Below, piece after piece: positions 24,201 through 36,200 of a stretch of 64,000 bases of DNA. The notes below the pieces were generated by a model. It made no database searches. It saw nothing but the letters and a program-made list of their open reading frames with translations, and was not told the DNA's origin. The first letter of the stretch is position 1; every line of letters begins with the position of its first letter. Source of the DNA: Lepidodermella squamata (lineage: Eukaryota; Animalia; Gastrotricha); contig JBLDXI010000003.1 in assembly GCA_047495785.1 (NCBI GenBank), positions 1,984,001 through 2,048,000 on the forward strand, in the 5' to 3' direction. The position numbers and the translations under genes were made by a program.

Positions 24201-27200
24201 AGCTTCTTGCGTCCGCTTTCGCTTGTTGTACCTTTCCGGTTGTCACACTCTTACCAGAGGGCAAGTTGCACTTCTTACCACGGTATGTCGAATTTGACTG
24301 GGTTTCACGGGTTCGCATACCTTCCAGCAATGAAAGTACATCAAATTTCTTGGCGATTTTTATGTTCATCGCACGGAAAAACATATATCGCTGAAATTGG
24401 TTAAAAATCGCAATATTGCCGATAATCGATTATCGATCGATAACCGATCAATCAAAATCAATATCACCTGATCAGCACAAAAGTTATTGATCGAAAATCA
24501 CATAACCTTAGACGTTGGGTTTTTTTGAGTGAGCTGGGGCCATTTCAATTTTTTGCCCGAGATGACATTTTCGAGGCTACACCAATATTGACTACATTTT
24601 TAGACGAATTCTGACGATGCTTCAGAGAAAGTTAAATGTTGGGACTCAAAAAGCTGTCTGGGAGGTTGTAGCAGTCCAGGTTGTACTGCGAGTCAAAATT
24701 TGACCCTCGCTCCTTTAACCGCAGGGCATTCTGATTTGCTATTAGCAGCAGGCTATTTTCTTGCAAAGCCTGCAGTAAAGGATTCTGCAGATGGAGATCC
24801 TTTATCGGCAAAGGTATTGGCTTCATTGAATACAGTACATAGTACTCTAGAGGAAGCTACATAGTAAACATAGTAAACATAGTAATTTTGCATAATAACA
24901 CTTTTAAGTTGGATTTTTTAAAAGACGCGAGCGAAGCGAGCAATGCATTTCAGCGACCGAAAACCTTGCCCCGCCGTGAAACGCGAGCAAAGCGAGCATC
25001 ACGGGGCAAGGTTTTCGATCGAGCAAAGCGAGAAGGCAGTGTGCTATCGAACTTGAATTTTTTCGAGCGGAGCGAGAAAAACAATTGAAATATTGTGCTG
25101 CGACCGTCGAACGCCCTATCGTCCGATTATTTCGATAGAGTAAAGCTAGATAGATAATGTTTAATTCAAGGTCAACACTTTGCAATCACGAGAAAAGCCC
25201 TCTAGTCACCTCAATTTCTATTCCAGAATCGCAAATAAATGCATTTTTGGAAATCATCAAAATCGTTGAAATCCCTGCTTAGATGAGTTGAAGCGAATGA
25301 TTCTCGAACATTCGCTCATTTTTTATGTTCCAGACACAGAAGCTGGACGAGAAATTCCAAAAAATTGTGCTTTTAGCAACGCGCAGAAGCGGTTCAGCGG
25401 TTCAGAATAACCAGATTGCAAATTTTCCGCTTTTTAGTTTTAAGATGGATTTTTTATTTTTGTGAAATCGCTCTAAAAATGTGATTTTTCGCATTTTTTA
25501 GAGGTAAAAACCCACGTAAAACGAAGAGGGTAACAGCTTCCTCCCGAGTACTATGTAAAATAGAGCCCACGATACGGCTAGTTTCTCGGAAAAATCACAT
25601 AATAAGCCTCGGCTTCGCCTCGTCTTATTATGTGAGTTTTTCCTCGAAACTGGCCTCCTCTAGGGCTCTATCTATACATAATATAGTAAGGTCGCCGCAC
25701 AATACCACGTAACCCTTCTTCATTTGGATCAATTTGTATCCAACGTTGAATAAAAGCTGAAAATCGATAAACTGAGCGATTTTCAGAAATTCCCAGCTGG
25801 AAGCTATGCTGGAAAAGGTTGAAAATCAAAGGGAAAATCAGTAACAAAAAATCCAGAAATAGTAGATTTTCGTGTTTTCTCCGATCGCAAGAGTAATAAT
25901 GATTCACAACGAAGCCCTGATGAACTGCGGTACTAGATCTTCATACTTCATACCCAATGAGCGGCTCGTAGGTAACGTAATATAGTTGAAACACTGGGCG
26001 AAGATGTTGACCTGATCAGCGCGGGTAGTTTGGTCAGGATAAAGCTGCATAAGTGCCAGAGTGTGATCGCTAAATCTTCCAAATTAAAAAAGTGGACAAC
26101 TGTTTGAAAATTACTTGAAATTCGATGTTAAAACTTGTTCAGAATTTTTAAGGAATATTTCAATAATTTTTTAAATGTTGTAATTCCTTGGAATTCGATG
26201 TTAAAATTGTCCAGATATGTTTTTTAACGATTTTTTTCCAATTTTATTTTTATTTTTTAGCATGGCAAAGCTGCTCTCCACCTGTCATCAGAAAATGGTC
26301 ACATGGGCTGTTGTGAGACATTACTAGCCTATAAAGCTTTTGTCAACTCGAAATCTAAACTCGGCATGTCTCCACTCCATTTCGCTGCCCAAAGTGGTTT
26401 TCAGAAACTCGTTCGACTGCTGATCGAGAAATACAACGCGTCGATCAATGCGCTGTCATTGGACAAGAAAACGCCGCTTCATTTAGCGGCCGAATCTGGC
26501 CGACGCGATGTGTGCCTGCTTTTGATGAACCTGAAAGCTGATGCAAATGCGATTGATGCGGTATAAAAATTTCGAAAAAAATAATGTGAAAAATCGAACA
26601 AATTGTCTATTTTTTTAGGAGGGCCAAAATCCGCTTCATTTAGCGGTTGAAAACGACCATCCTGATGTAGTCAAGTTATTCATGAAGTACAAACCTGAAC
26701 TGGTGACGGCGGCTAGCAAGGTAAGAAATTTAAATTTAATTTTGAAATTATAATTATTTTTTCTAAATTTTTTATTTTTGATAATTTTTGAATTTTCAGA
26801 GTGGCATGACGTGCGCTCACATTGCGGCTAAGAATGGGTCTGAACTGGTTATCAAAGAGCTGATGCAGTTCAACCGATCACTAGTGACGACCGTGCGAAA
26901 TTCGGTGAACGACACGCTTCCGCTTCACTTGGCTGTCGATGCGTCGCATGAAGATGTCGTCAAAATTCTCATCGATGCCGGCTCATCGCCAACGGCTGAA
27001 AACAACGAGGGAATGACAGCAATTCACTTGGTAATAAAGAAATCTTTGAAATCACCTGTAGAATTCGAATAAAATACCAAAAAATCGGAATTTCGAAAAA
27101 TTGGGAAATTTTGGATTTTTCGAAAGTTTGATGAAATTTGAATGTCAATGCTTATATTTTTTTATTGCCTTTAAGGCTGCTAAATCGGGCGATATGGAGG

Positions 27201-30200
27201 TGATACAAGCCATAATAGCAGCTTCTGGGAAGTCTCCTCTTCGAAATAACAGCCAGAAGAACGGCACTGGACCACTACACATCGCTGCGTTTTTCGGCAG
27301 ATCGGAAATAGTTCGCGAGCTGCAAAATTTCGTGGACATAAATTTGAAAACGGACGCGCCTCAAATGGCTCATGTTGTCAGCGACCAGAATGTCAAAGCG
27401 CTCATCACGACAGATGTAAGCGCATAGAAATTGAAATGGTGTAAAATAATTTGTTGCCTAATGTTGATATTTAAAGTTTTTCAACCCAAAAAATCAGAAT
27501 TTCGAGTATTTTTCAAATTTTTCAAATTTTTTGGGAACGTGTTGAATTCAAGCATTTTGAAGTTGAATTTGATGCTTTGACTGTGTGCAAAGTTTACGCC
27601 CTAACTTTTATAATGTTTTAAGGGTCCTCCTATTACCGGAACCAAATTTTCATTGAGCGGAACCAAATACCAAAATTTGTCAATCCTTGAAAATTCAAGA
27701 CATTCATTGGAAAAATAACACATTAATAGAGCTGTTCATATGATATTCGTGCTTCGATAGCGCAGCCTCCGGCTTGACAGCCGCGTTTGCATCAGAGATT
27801 TCGGCGACGTAGAGGCTATGAAGCTTTTTGACGCCTGTGCCTAGAAATAACTTGACCTGACGGGATGTGAAGCTGCTCGGAATTTCCCTGCAGTAAAGAG
27901 ACTCCACAAGCTTGGTTGGTAATTAACCTTTGCATTGTTGCTGTCGCCGGTCCTTATCTATCAAAGTCTTCCATCAGAGCACTTCCTGCAAATCTTCGTG
28001 CCATCACACCTTTCCCTCGGATGGAAAATTTGACGATTATGGCGATTATGGTGAAATTCAAATAGCTACAAAGCATAAGTAGGAACGATATTTTCCTAGA
28101 AACAGGTTCGATCGTCAAGTTTCTAGTCCAAATAGAAATGGTAAATAGGTTTGGAGTTGGTAGAGTGAAGGCGCTATACGCTGTGTTGTACCATTCAGTC
28201 AGAGGAGAACGATTCATCGTTGCGTTCGTTTTTGTTTCGTTTTGTCGATGTTCACCTGCCGAATACTGCTTCGCATTATTTTACTGACAGCAGTATCTTC
28301 CTTTCTTTCGTCATCGCTCGATTCATCCGTGTTTCATCGCCGCCACAATTGCGCGCTTTCTTTAATTCTGGCAGAGCCCCAGGTTGAACTGGCGGCAGGT
28401 ACTTTTGGCGATAGTACAGACTATTCTGGTTTTTAAATCATTTTTAGAAACTGGTTGCTCTGTGGGTGGAACAGCCAGCAGCTTCATGCGCTGTTTGGGC
28501 GGGGGCGGCATAACCAAACTAGCCACAGGAGACTGTGCAGGCGAGCTAGAACTAGCAAGGGAACTTGAACGTGTGACAAGACCGTACCGCTAGCTGGCAA
28601 GTCTGGCGATGTTGCTACGCCACCGTCGATGGAAAGAAAGAGCGGGAGGCGGTGATCCCAATTCTAGGCATTTTTTCTGCCTGAGGGTATTTAACCTCCC
28701 TTGTTTACTTTGTTTGCTGACACTGGTACAGTGCTCCCTCGATAAAGGCACGCGATGACTGTAAGTGCCAGGGCGAATTTGATTTTGCTGGTTAGCCATT
28801 GTTTTTTACTCTGATCTTCACTCCTGCCTGTGGCTAACGAACTCGCATAAAAACAGAACCTGGAATCTAATTATTTAAATTTACTTCAAACATGCACTGC
28901 TCGTCAGATTGAAGTCACACAAAAATGTCATTTAAAATCACAGCTTGAAAATTCAATCATCTTGGTCATCCCAAGCTTAAACCCGGCTGAGGATTGAGGA
29001 GGCCACGAATTAGGATGGCGTCACTGGAATTTCAGCGGCCTGTGAGAAATCATATTCATGAATATTTTTCAAATTACCTCTCAATTGGGATCAATGATAT
29101 TTGCTCAATGCCGGGACTACAGCGGGAACGTTATATTTTCTTCTCAATTCGTGAAGTTTCGTGAAGATTCTAATTTTCGTCACTTTAATTTTGTCTGATA
29201 TTAATATTTCTAATTTAATATATTTACATCCTAAAAATCGCAATGTGAAATTTTTTTGAAATTTCTACCATTTTTTTGGAAATGTGCTGAGTTTAAGCTT
29301 TGTGAAGTTCAATTTGATGTTTAAAAGATTCGATACCCTAAATTTTATAATTCGTTTGAGAGTCCTTCCTCTTGTCGGAACCATATTTAGTAAATTCTCG
29401 AAAATTCAGAAAATCAAACTGTCATAGCAGCGAGGTAATGGGTGGTATTCTCGAAGCGGTTTAAATCTACACCAGATTTTATCAGTCCAGACGAAAAATA
29501 TTTTCGGTTTTGCTGAGACCAAATCCAAGTTTCCTCGTATAAAAAAATCTTCAGTTTTTTGTTATAGACGCTTCATAAAAGCTAGTTAGATTACCGAGAG
29601 CCGATAGAAAGGGACATGAGAAAAATAGGCATAGAAGGCAGTGACGCTATACTTGCAAGCAACCTTTCTAGCAGAAGCCTTATAAGCTGGATTTGCTCAT
29701 TTTGGCTGCCATCAGGAGTTCTTCTAGACCCCTGGATACTAATGTTGATGAAGATGTTGCTGGCAGGCTTGAGGTGCTGGGAGCTTCTGTAGACAGGGCA
29801 GGAGGCTCTCACTTAACAGACGCGGTCGGGAGGCGGTCTTACTCCTTACGGCGGGCTCTCTTGACGGGTCAGGAGAGCATCATGGACATTTTCCGGCAAT
29901 AGTGAGATTCTACAAGCGGCAACTTGCTTTGAGATTAGCCTTTTGTTGCATCGTTTCTATTTTATATCGCCAGTCATCATTCATCATTCATCAGAGCCGT
30001 TTCGGCGGCAATAGTGAGATTCGACCAGAGGAATCGTTTCGAGCTCTCCAAGCAATTGTTGCGACCTCCGGATCATCTAATGTGGGCTTGACAGATTTTC
30101 AAACAAAGCACAATCCCAAAAGATGCGAAATTAATAATTATTTATTGAACTATTTATCATTATCTTCAAATTATAATCCAAATAGCTCGTACAACAATTT

Positions 30201-33200
30201 TACCAAGTCGGCTGGAAAATTAGAAATCCTATGATTAATCGATAAAAAATAACAAAAAGGAGAGCGATATTCTGTTGACAGTTTTATTTGAAAGTGACGT
30301 TTCGGTACTAGCTCGTACCATCATCAGACTCTAAAACAAAAAAGAAAAGGAATTACAGTGACAATCACAACAATTAAGAAAAAACATAACAAGAATTCTA
30401 AAAAATAAAAAATAAGAAGTCGAAATCGCAAAAATTTGGTTTCAGAAAATAAAACCTTAATATAAATTTCAGAAATTTTAAAGTCTTTTAAGGCGGGTGA
30501 ATCATCGCCTGATTTTTCAGCAGATTAATATAATTTTTGTATTTTAATTTCTAGTACGGCCTCACCCCGCTGCATATGGCTTCGTACATGGGCCGCGAGA
30601 ATGTTGTCCGCCTCGTTCTGAACAACTCAAGCGTGAACACAGACGAAGTGACAACCCTGCTCGGCCGTGTCCCACTTTTCTACGCCGTCCTGAACGGCCA
30701 CGCTGTCATCGTCAGCCTACTCCTATCCCGATCAGCTAAACACCTGACCTTCAAGGACAAAAAGAGCCGCCAACCGCTTCATCTAGCCGCCGAAAACGGC
30801 CACGCAGACATGGTCGCTATGCTAGTAGGCCAAGGCGCTGAAATCAACTGCGTCGACGATGAAGGCTGGACGCCACTGCACTTCGCCGCGAAAAGCGGCC
30901 ACCTTAACGTTGTAAAATTAATCATCGAATCCGGCGCGTCGCCTGTGGTCAAAACCAACAGCGGCCTAACGCCAATGATGCTAAGCGCCGCGGGCATCCA
31001 CATCAACCAGCTGTACTACTTGATGCGGCGTGAACACGACACGCTTGAGTTGATCGAGAGTAAAGACTTCCTTATGGACCTTATGTACTGCAGTTTGAAG
31101 AACGAGTTCGAAACTATTGAAGAGTTCATTTTATACTCGAAAGCGCCGCTATACACTGCGACAGTCCTATCTCGGGTCTACCGAGAATTAGCGGCTAAGG
31201 AAAAGGAACGGGCGAAAGATATCAACGACATCGCGCGGCATTGCGAACATTTAACCGTGAAACTGCTAGGAATCGCCTCGGAGGTCGCGCAGCCCTCTTC
31301 GATTTTACGCGCGACTGATTCCAAGGGCAATCAATATCTCGATATGATCTTAGAAAACGGCATGAAAGAAGTGGTTGAGCACCCGTCTGTTCAGAAGTAT
31401 TTGTCGGATTTGTGGTCCGGGTCGTTGCATGCGTGGTCGTCGAACCGGCTGTTTGGCCTGTTTATCGGGTTCATCTTCTGCCCGCCGTTGATGGTCTATT
31501 TCACGGCGCCGTTGAAGAAGTATCATAACTACTATCATATTCCTGTTATCAAGTTTTTGGCTCAATTGGTGTCCAATTTCTACCTCATTTTCATCCTGTC
31601 GATTACTGCGGCTATGCCGACGGATCCTATTGTCTATCGAGCGAATTTCTACCCTAATTAGTGAGTTGCTTATCCGAACATTTAAACATTCGAAAACACA
31701 TTTGTTAGCGAAATTCAAACTGAACAATTTAAATATCAATTTATTCGTTCAAAAATTGCAGATTCAGAATTCAAAACTGAAAAATTCGGCTTTGATTTTG
31801 ACATTTTTTTTTAAATTCGAATATTTCAAGAAAAATACCCGTAGAAATTCGGCCCAGCCGGGTAAAATTCTTAAAATTACCAAGCCGCGCTTATGCTAGT
31901 GACATTTTACTCGGTTTACAGACGAGGAGATGATATCGTCAACTGGGGTGACTCGGAAAAGTTGGGCAGTGGGGTCACTTTGACGTAAAAAAATGGGCTG
32001 ACTTTGGCAAACCGCAGTTTGTGTCGGGGCTGCTCCGAAATTGAAATTCAAATTCATTCGTCCATTAGTCGCCAAAATGAAAGAACAATACAACAAAATA
32101 ATTTCCCTTCTTTCGAACAATATATAAAAAGTGACAGAGATGGCACGCGGTTGCGAGATGACATGCGCTTGCCGGCGGCAGTGCGCTGAGGACGCTAGTG
32201 GGCGAGCTGAATGAATATTCATCGTACAAGTACAGAATATCATACAGAGTGGGTTAGTCAGAGATGGAGGAGTGCAGCTAGAAGAAAGAGAAAAGAAAAG
32301 AGGAACCAGGATTATAGAACGACGGAAGAGGTATGGAAAGATCAAATACCGAGGGTGGGCAGAGGACCCCGAGGAAGCCTGCTGGCGATCAGGCGATTAT
32401 TGCCTTCGGCAGCAAGTCGAGACGTTGAAGGACTCGGGGGTGGTGCTTCCCCTTCTGTTCCCACTCGAGACACTCCGCTAACGTGTTGGCGTGACGAAAG
32501 GCCGGAGTGTAAAGCTTCGCAAGGTCAATCATATCGATCGAGTCCAGTTCACCCGGCACCTTAGCAGGAGGCGCACCTTCAGCGGCGAGTTCTCGCCACA
32601 AGTCTAGGATGCCCGTCGCTCTTCGGGCAGGCGGCTGATTGCCACCTCGAGGATCCTGACGCCACTTCTTACGATCAACTCCGATCGTTGTGATTTCAAG
32701 ATATCTAAAATCAAAGATGTATTTATTATTGCTAGTGACGCATCAGTAGAGATGCCTTTCGAGGTGCAGCGGCCTAAGGAGTGCCGTGCAGCCAAAGACG
32801 CACCATGCAAACCACCGCGTTGAACGCAAGGGGCTCGTGGCCCGCCGTACCAGGGCGCAAACGGTTGTTGAATCCAATCGCAGATTTGCTCCAAAATGAC
32901 AAGGTTGGGTCCGATGTAAGGCCAACGTTTGAGTTGGCAGTAGCTGTTGCGACTTCGAAGGTTTGACGCTGCGAAATCCCTCCGCTTGAAAGCGACCTTC
33001 CACGCTTGAAAGGCGGCTCCGGTAATTGGGTGGTTCGACTGATTCCTGCTTGATTTCTATCTGTGGATCAATATTTCGTACGCCAGAATCGCGCCTAATG
33101 GCTGGCGGGCGGCAAATGTGAATACTTGTATACCGTATTTCGTATACTCGAATGGACGAAATAGCTTCAGTACCTCTCTATCGAGCACGTCGCGAACTTC

Positions 33201-36200
33201 CATATAGAACTTCCATATGATTTGGTGCCTTGTCAGGCATTTAGCATTGGTGCCTTGAGGCCGCGTGAAATCGTTTATCACTATCATTGTTTTCATGGAC
33301 TTCGCCAACAGACCCATGGAGTCTCAATGGCCCATTCTCCCATTTGCACACGCCTCGTAATGATGTACCACATTGCTTTGGGATTTTTGAAGTTCAGCTC
33401 GTATACTGATGGCCAATAGCGCGAATATTGGCAAAAGATTTGATGGCTTGGAATAATTATGGGAAAAAAATCCAAAATATTCCTACGACGTGAAACTTGG
33501 AAACCTAAATTTCAGGCAAATCTAATGCGGGAGCCTCAAATTTTGCAGGTAACCAACCTTTTCTAATTTTTTATGCCTGATTTCGGAAATCAGTAACCGA
33601 AAAAATGGCGTAGTAATTGTAACTTTGTGTAAATGAATAAAACCTATCAAAGTTTGCTTTCATCTTTCAGCCAAGAAATATTGCTCCTCGCTTGGATAGG
33701 CGGAATGATGGTAACTGAGCTGACGAAATCCGGCATGTCCCAAGGCCTAGGCCAGTTGCGTTATGCTATCATCTTATTCGGCGTGCTGGCTTCATTTTTC
33801 CAAATCGCTGCAATGGCCGTCGAGTAAGTTGAATACCACAAAATTGCCCTATAATTTTTTTCGTGACGTATTTTTTTCAGTGATGGAAAGGGCGATGGGC
33901 GGAAAGAGGCATTGGTTATGATGTATAATCGAAATTTCATGCTGTCATTCAGTTTATTCGGCTCCATCATTCTGATCATGGGTATGTAAATTTTTATTCC
34001 GTTTGTCTTTTATTTTAAAATTTGTGGAACATTTTGATATTCATTTTAAAAAAATTTGAAATTGTTTGGAAATTTAAAATTGAAAAATTTAAATTTTTGA
34101 ATAATCAAGTTATTTGAAATTTCGATGTCGAAATTCGAAGCGAAATATATTCAAGAATTTGTTCCTCTGATTTTTAGATTTCATGATGATTCATCACTTG
34201 TTCGGGCCACTCGGCATTGTCATCAGCAAAGTGACGAAAGATCTATCAACATTCTTAGTCGTCCTGGTCATTTTCCTCTGCGGCTGTACCATGATGATTT
34301 GCTGCTTGTTTCAAGCCATCACGATTAACAACCCTAGCAACGGGACAAATGTGACCAATGTGACATCAAACGCCACTGGTCCTGCGACCACGCGCGTTCC
34401 ATTGATGAATATTCAAAATTCAACGAATCCGACAACGCCGAAACCTAACGTGAAAAGAGCCTTGCGATGCCGACTTCGGCCTTCGTTCAACATGTCAGAC
34501 TACCATTTCCCGATCGGAGTTGTTCTATCGGCTGAAAAATACCCGTTGCCTACTGAAACACCCGCGGAACAAGCGGCGCGGCTGTCCAGGCAAAAGCGCG
34601 ATACTTCGAGTGAGAAAATCGATCGATCGATTGAGGAAATCGATCATGAGGATTCAATTGTTGACCTGGAATCGTTGGACGAGGGCGATAAATTTGACGA
34701 ATCGGGCCAGAAGTTACTCAAGCGTGTCAAGCGTAAATCTGGCGGTGGCAGTATTTGGGTTGGGGTTGATATCAGTTTGCTGACTCCGGAGCAGTTGAAA
34801 GCGTTGAATGAGCGAGCAGGCGGGGCAGATTACCTTCCGCCGTCACTCAGTAACAGGTATATTTTTCTGATAATTCAACGAAAATTATTTCGAGAAAATA
34901 TTGGTGTGGTAAAAGACATTTTAGCCCCGAAATTTGAGCCAAAAGACAACTGAGACTACGCGTCATTAACCATCAATATCAAACGATATCATATAAGTTA
35001 GCGGTTAATACAGCGTGTCCCATAAGTAACGCAAGCACAGAAAATACACGGAAAAGGATTCAGAAACTCTAGGATTAGAGACAAATTCACATTTCATGGC
35101 CAGAAAAATGTAAGAAATATTAAAAAATTACGAGAATTGTAACCAAGTACAGGTCATTATTTTTCAAAACGTCTGATGAATCATCGAGGTGCTCACCAAC
35201 ATTTTTGACCCCTCGTTTTTTGACGGAATCTTGTTGAGCACCTTCGAAAACCTTTGGCACGATTGTTGTGATTTTGAAAAAAATCGATTTAAAAATGTGC
35301 CTCCCCTGGACACACAAGTTTTTCACGATTTCTCTCAATGATTCATCAGACGTTTTGAAAATAATGACCCGTACAGTACTTTTTGAACAAACCGGACATT
35401 TCGCTGTTTGTTTCGCCAACAACTTTGATCGGGAACGGCTCTTTAGATCCAGAATAATGCCTTGATCACGCGGCTGTAGTATCGCAGTAGTGTTTAGGAG
35501 GTAGGAAGATGAGCCGAAGGTTATGTAGAGCGCCAACTCGGCCATGCAATGGGCAGTTGTCGACCAGCAATAATATCTTTCGAGTAGTTTTTCGAAGCCT
35601 TTCATCCCATGCCAACAAATAACGTCTCCAAATCTGCGTTACCATGCAAGCTTTGTCTTGCTGTTCATTAGCCATGCCATTTCTGACGCCACGAAAGAGC
35701 CTGGTGCTAACAGCCTTCCCGATTACCAGTAACGGCGCTCTCTTGGTGCCCGCCATATTGCAGCCAGCCAGAATAGATAGCCGCTCCTTTGACAGCTTAC
35801 CACCACTGCAATTATTGCCTTTTTCCGCTACGTCGTTACATCACCGCTACGTTTGACGACGATGGTGCAGTTTTCGAAGTAGACGAATCCTTTTTCGCTT
35901 GCTTTTCTGGAGCTTTTTCAGTTGATACTACCGATTTTTCACCACTGCCATAAACGTGATTGTATTTAGTTTCAAAAGGTTCGAAGACTGTCTTCATCAT
36001 CTCCATTTGTTCTTCTGCTTTCAATTCTTATAAATCACATGGAATCGTCAGCGATGGTCAAAGCTTTGGATTTGATTTCAATTGGAAATCAATTATATTT
36101 TGATACCAGTTTTTAAATCAAAATCAAGTCAAATCTTATTATTATTATAATGGACGCCCAGCTCTAAGGAAGAATTCCGGCGTTTGAAGTTGCGATTAAG

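Noticed and set aside
31659-31661. Apparent premature TAG in paralog 3 (FYPN*)
   Set aside because: The G is the first base of the GTGAGT donor; TA|C splices to Tyr and continues in frame at 33671.
32555-32660. Possible HDV-like ribozyme (GCTAA motif, minus strand)
   Set aside because: No P3/L3 (UCC) element or nested P1.1 pseudoknot could be built.
35172-35350. CTGATGA / TCATCAG motifs
   Set aside because: Part of the MITE terminal inverted repeats, with no ribozyme core.
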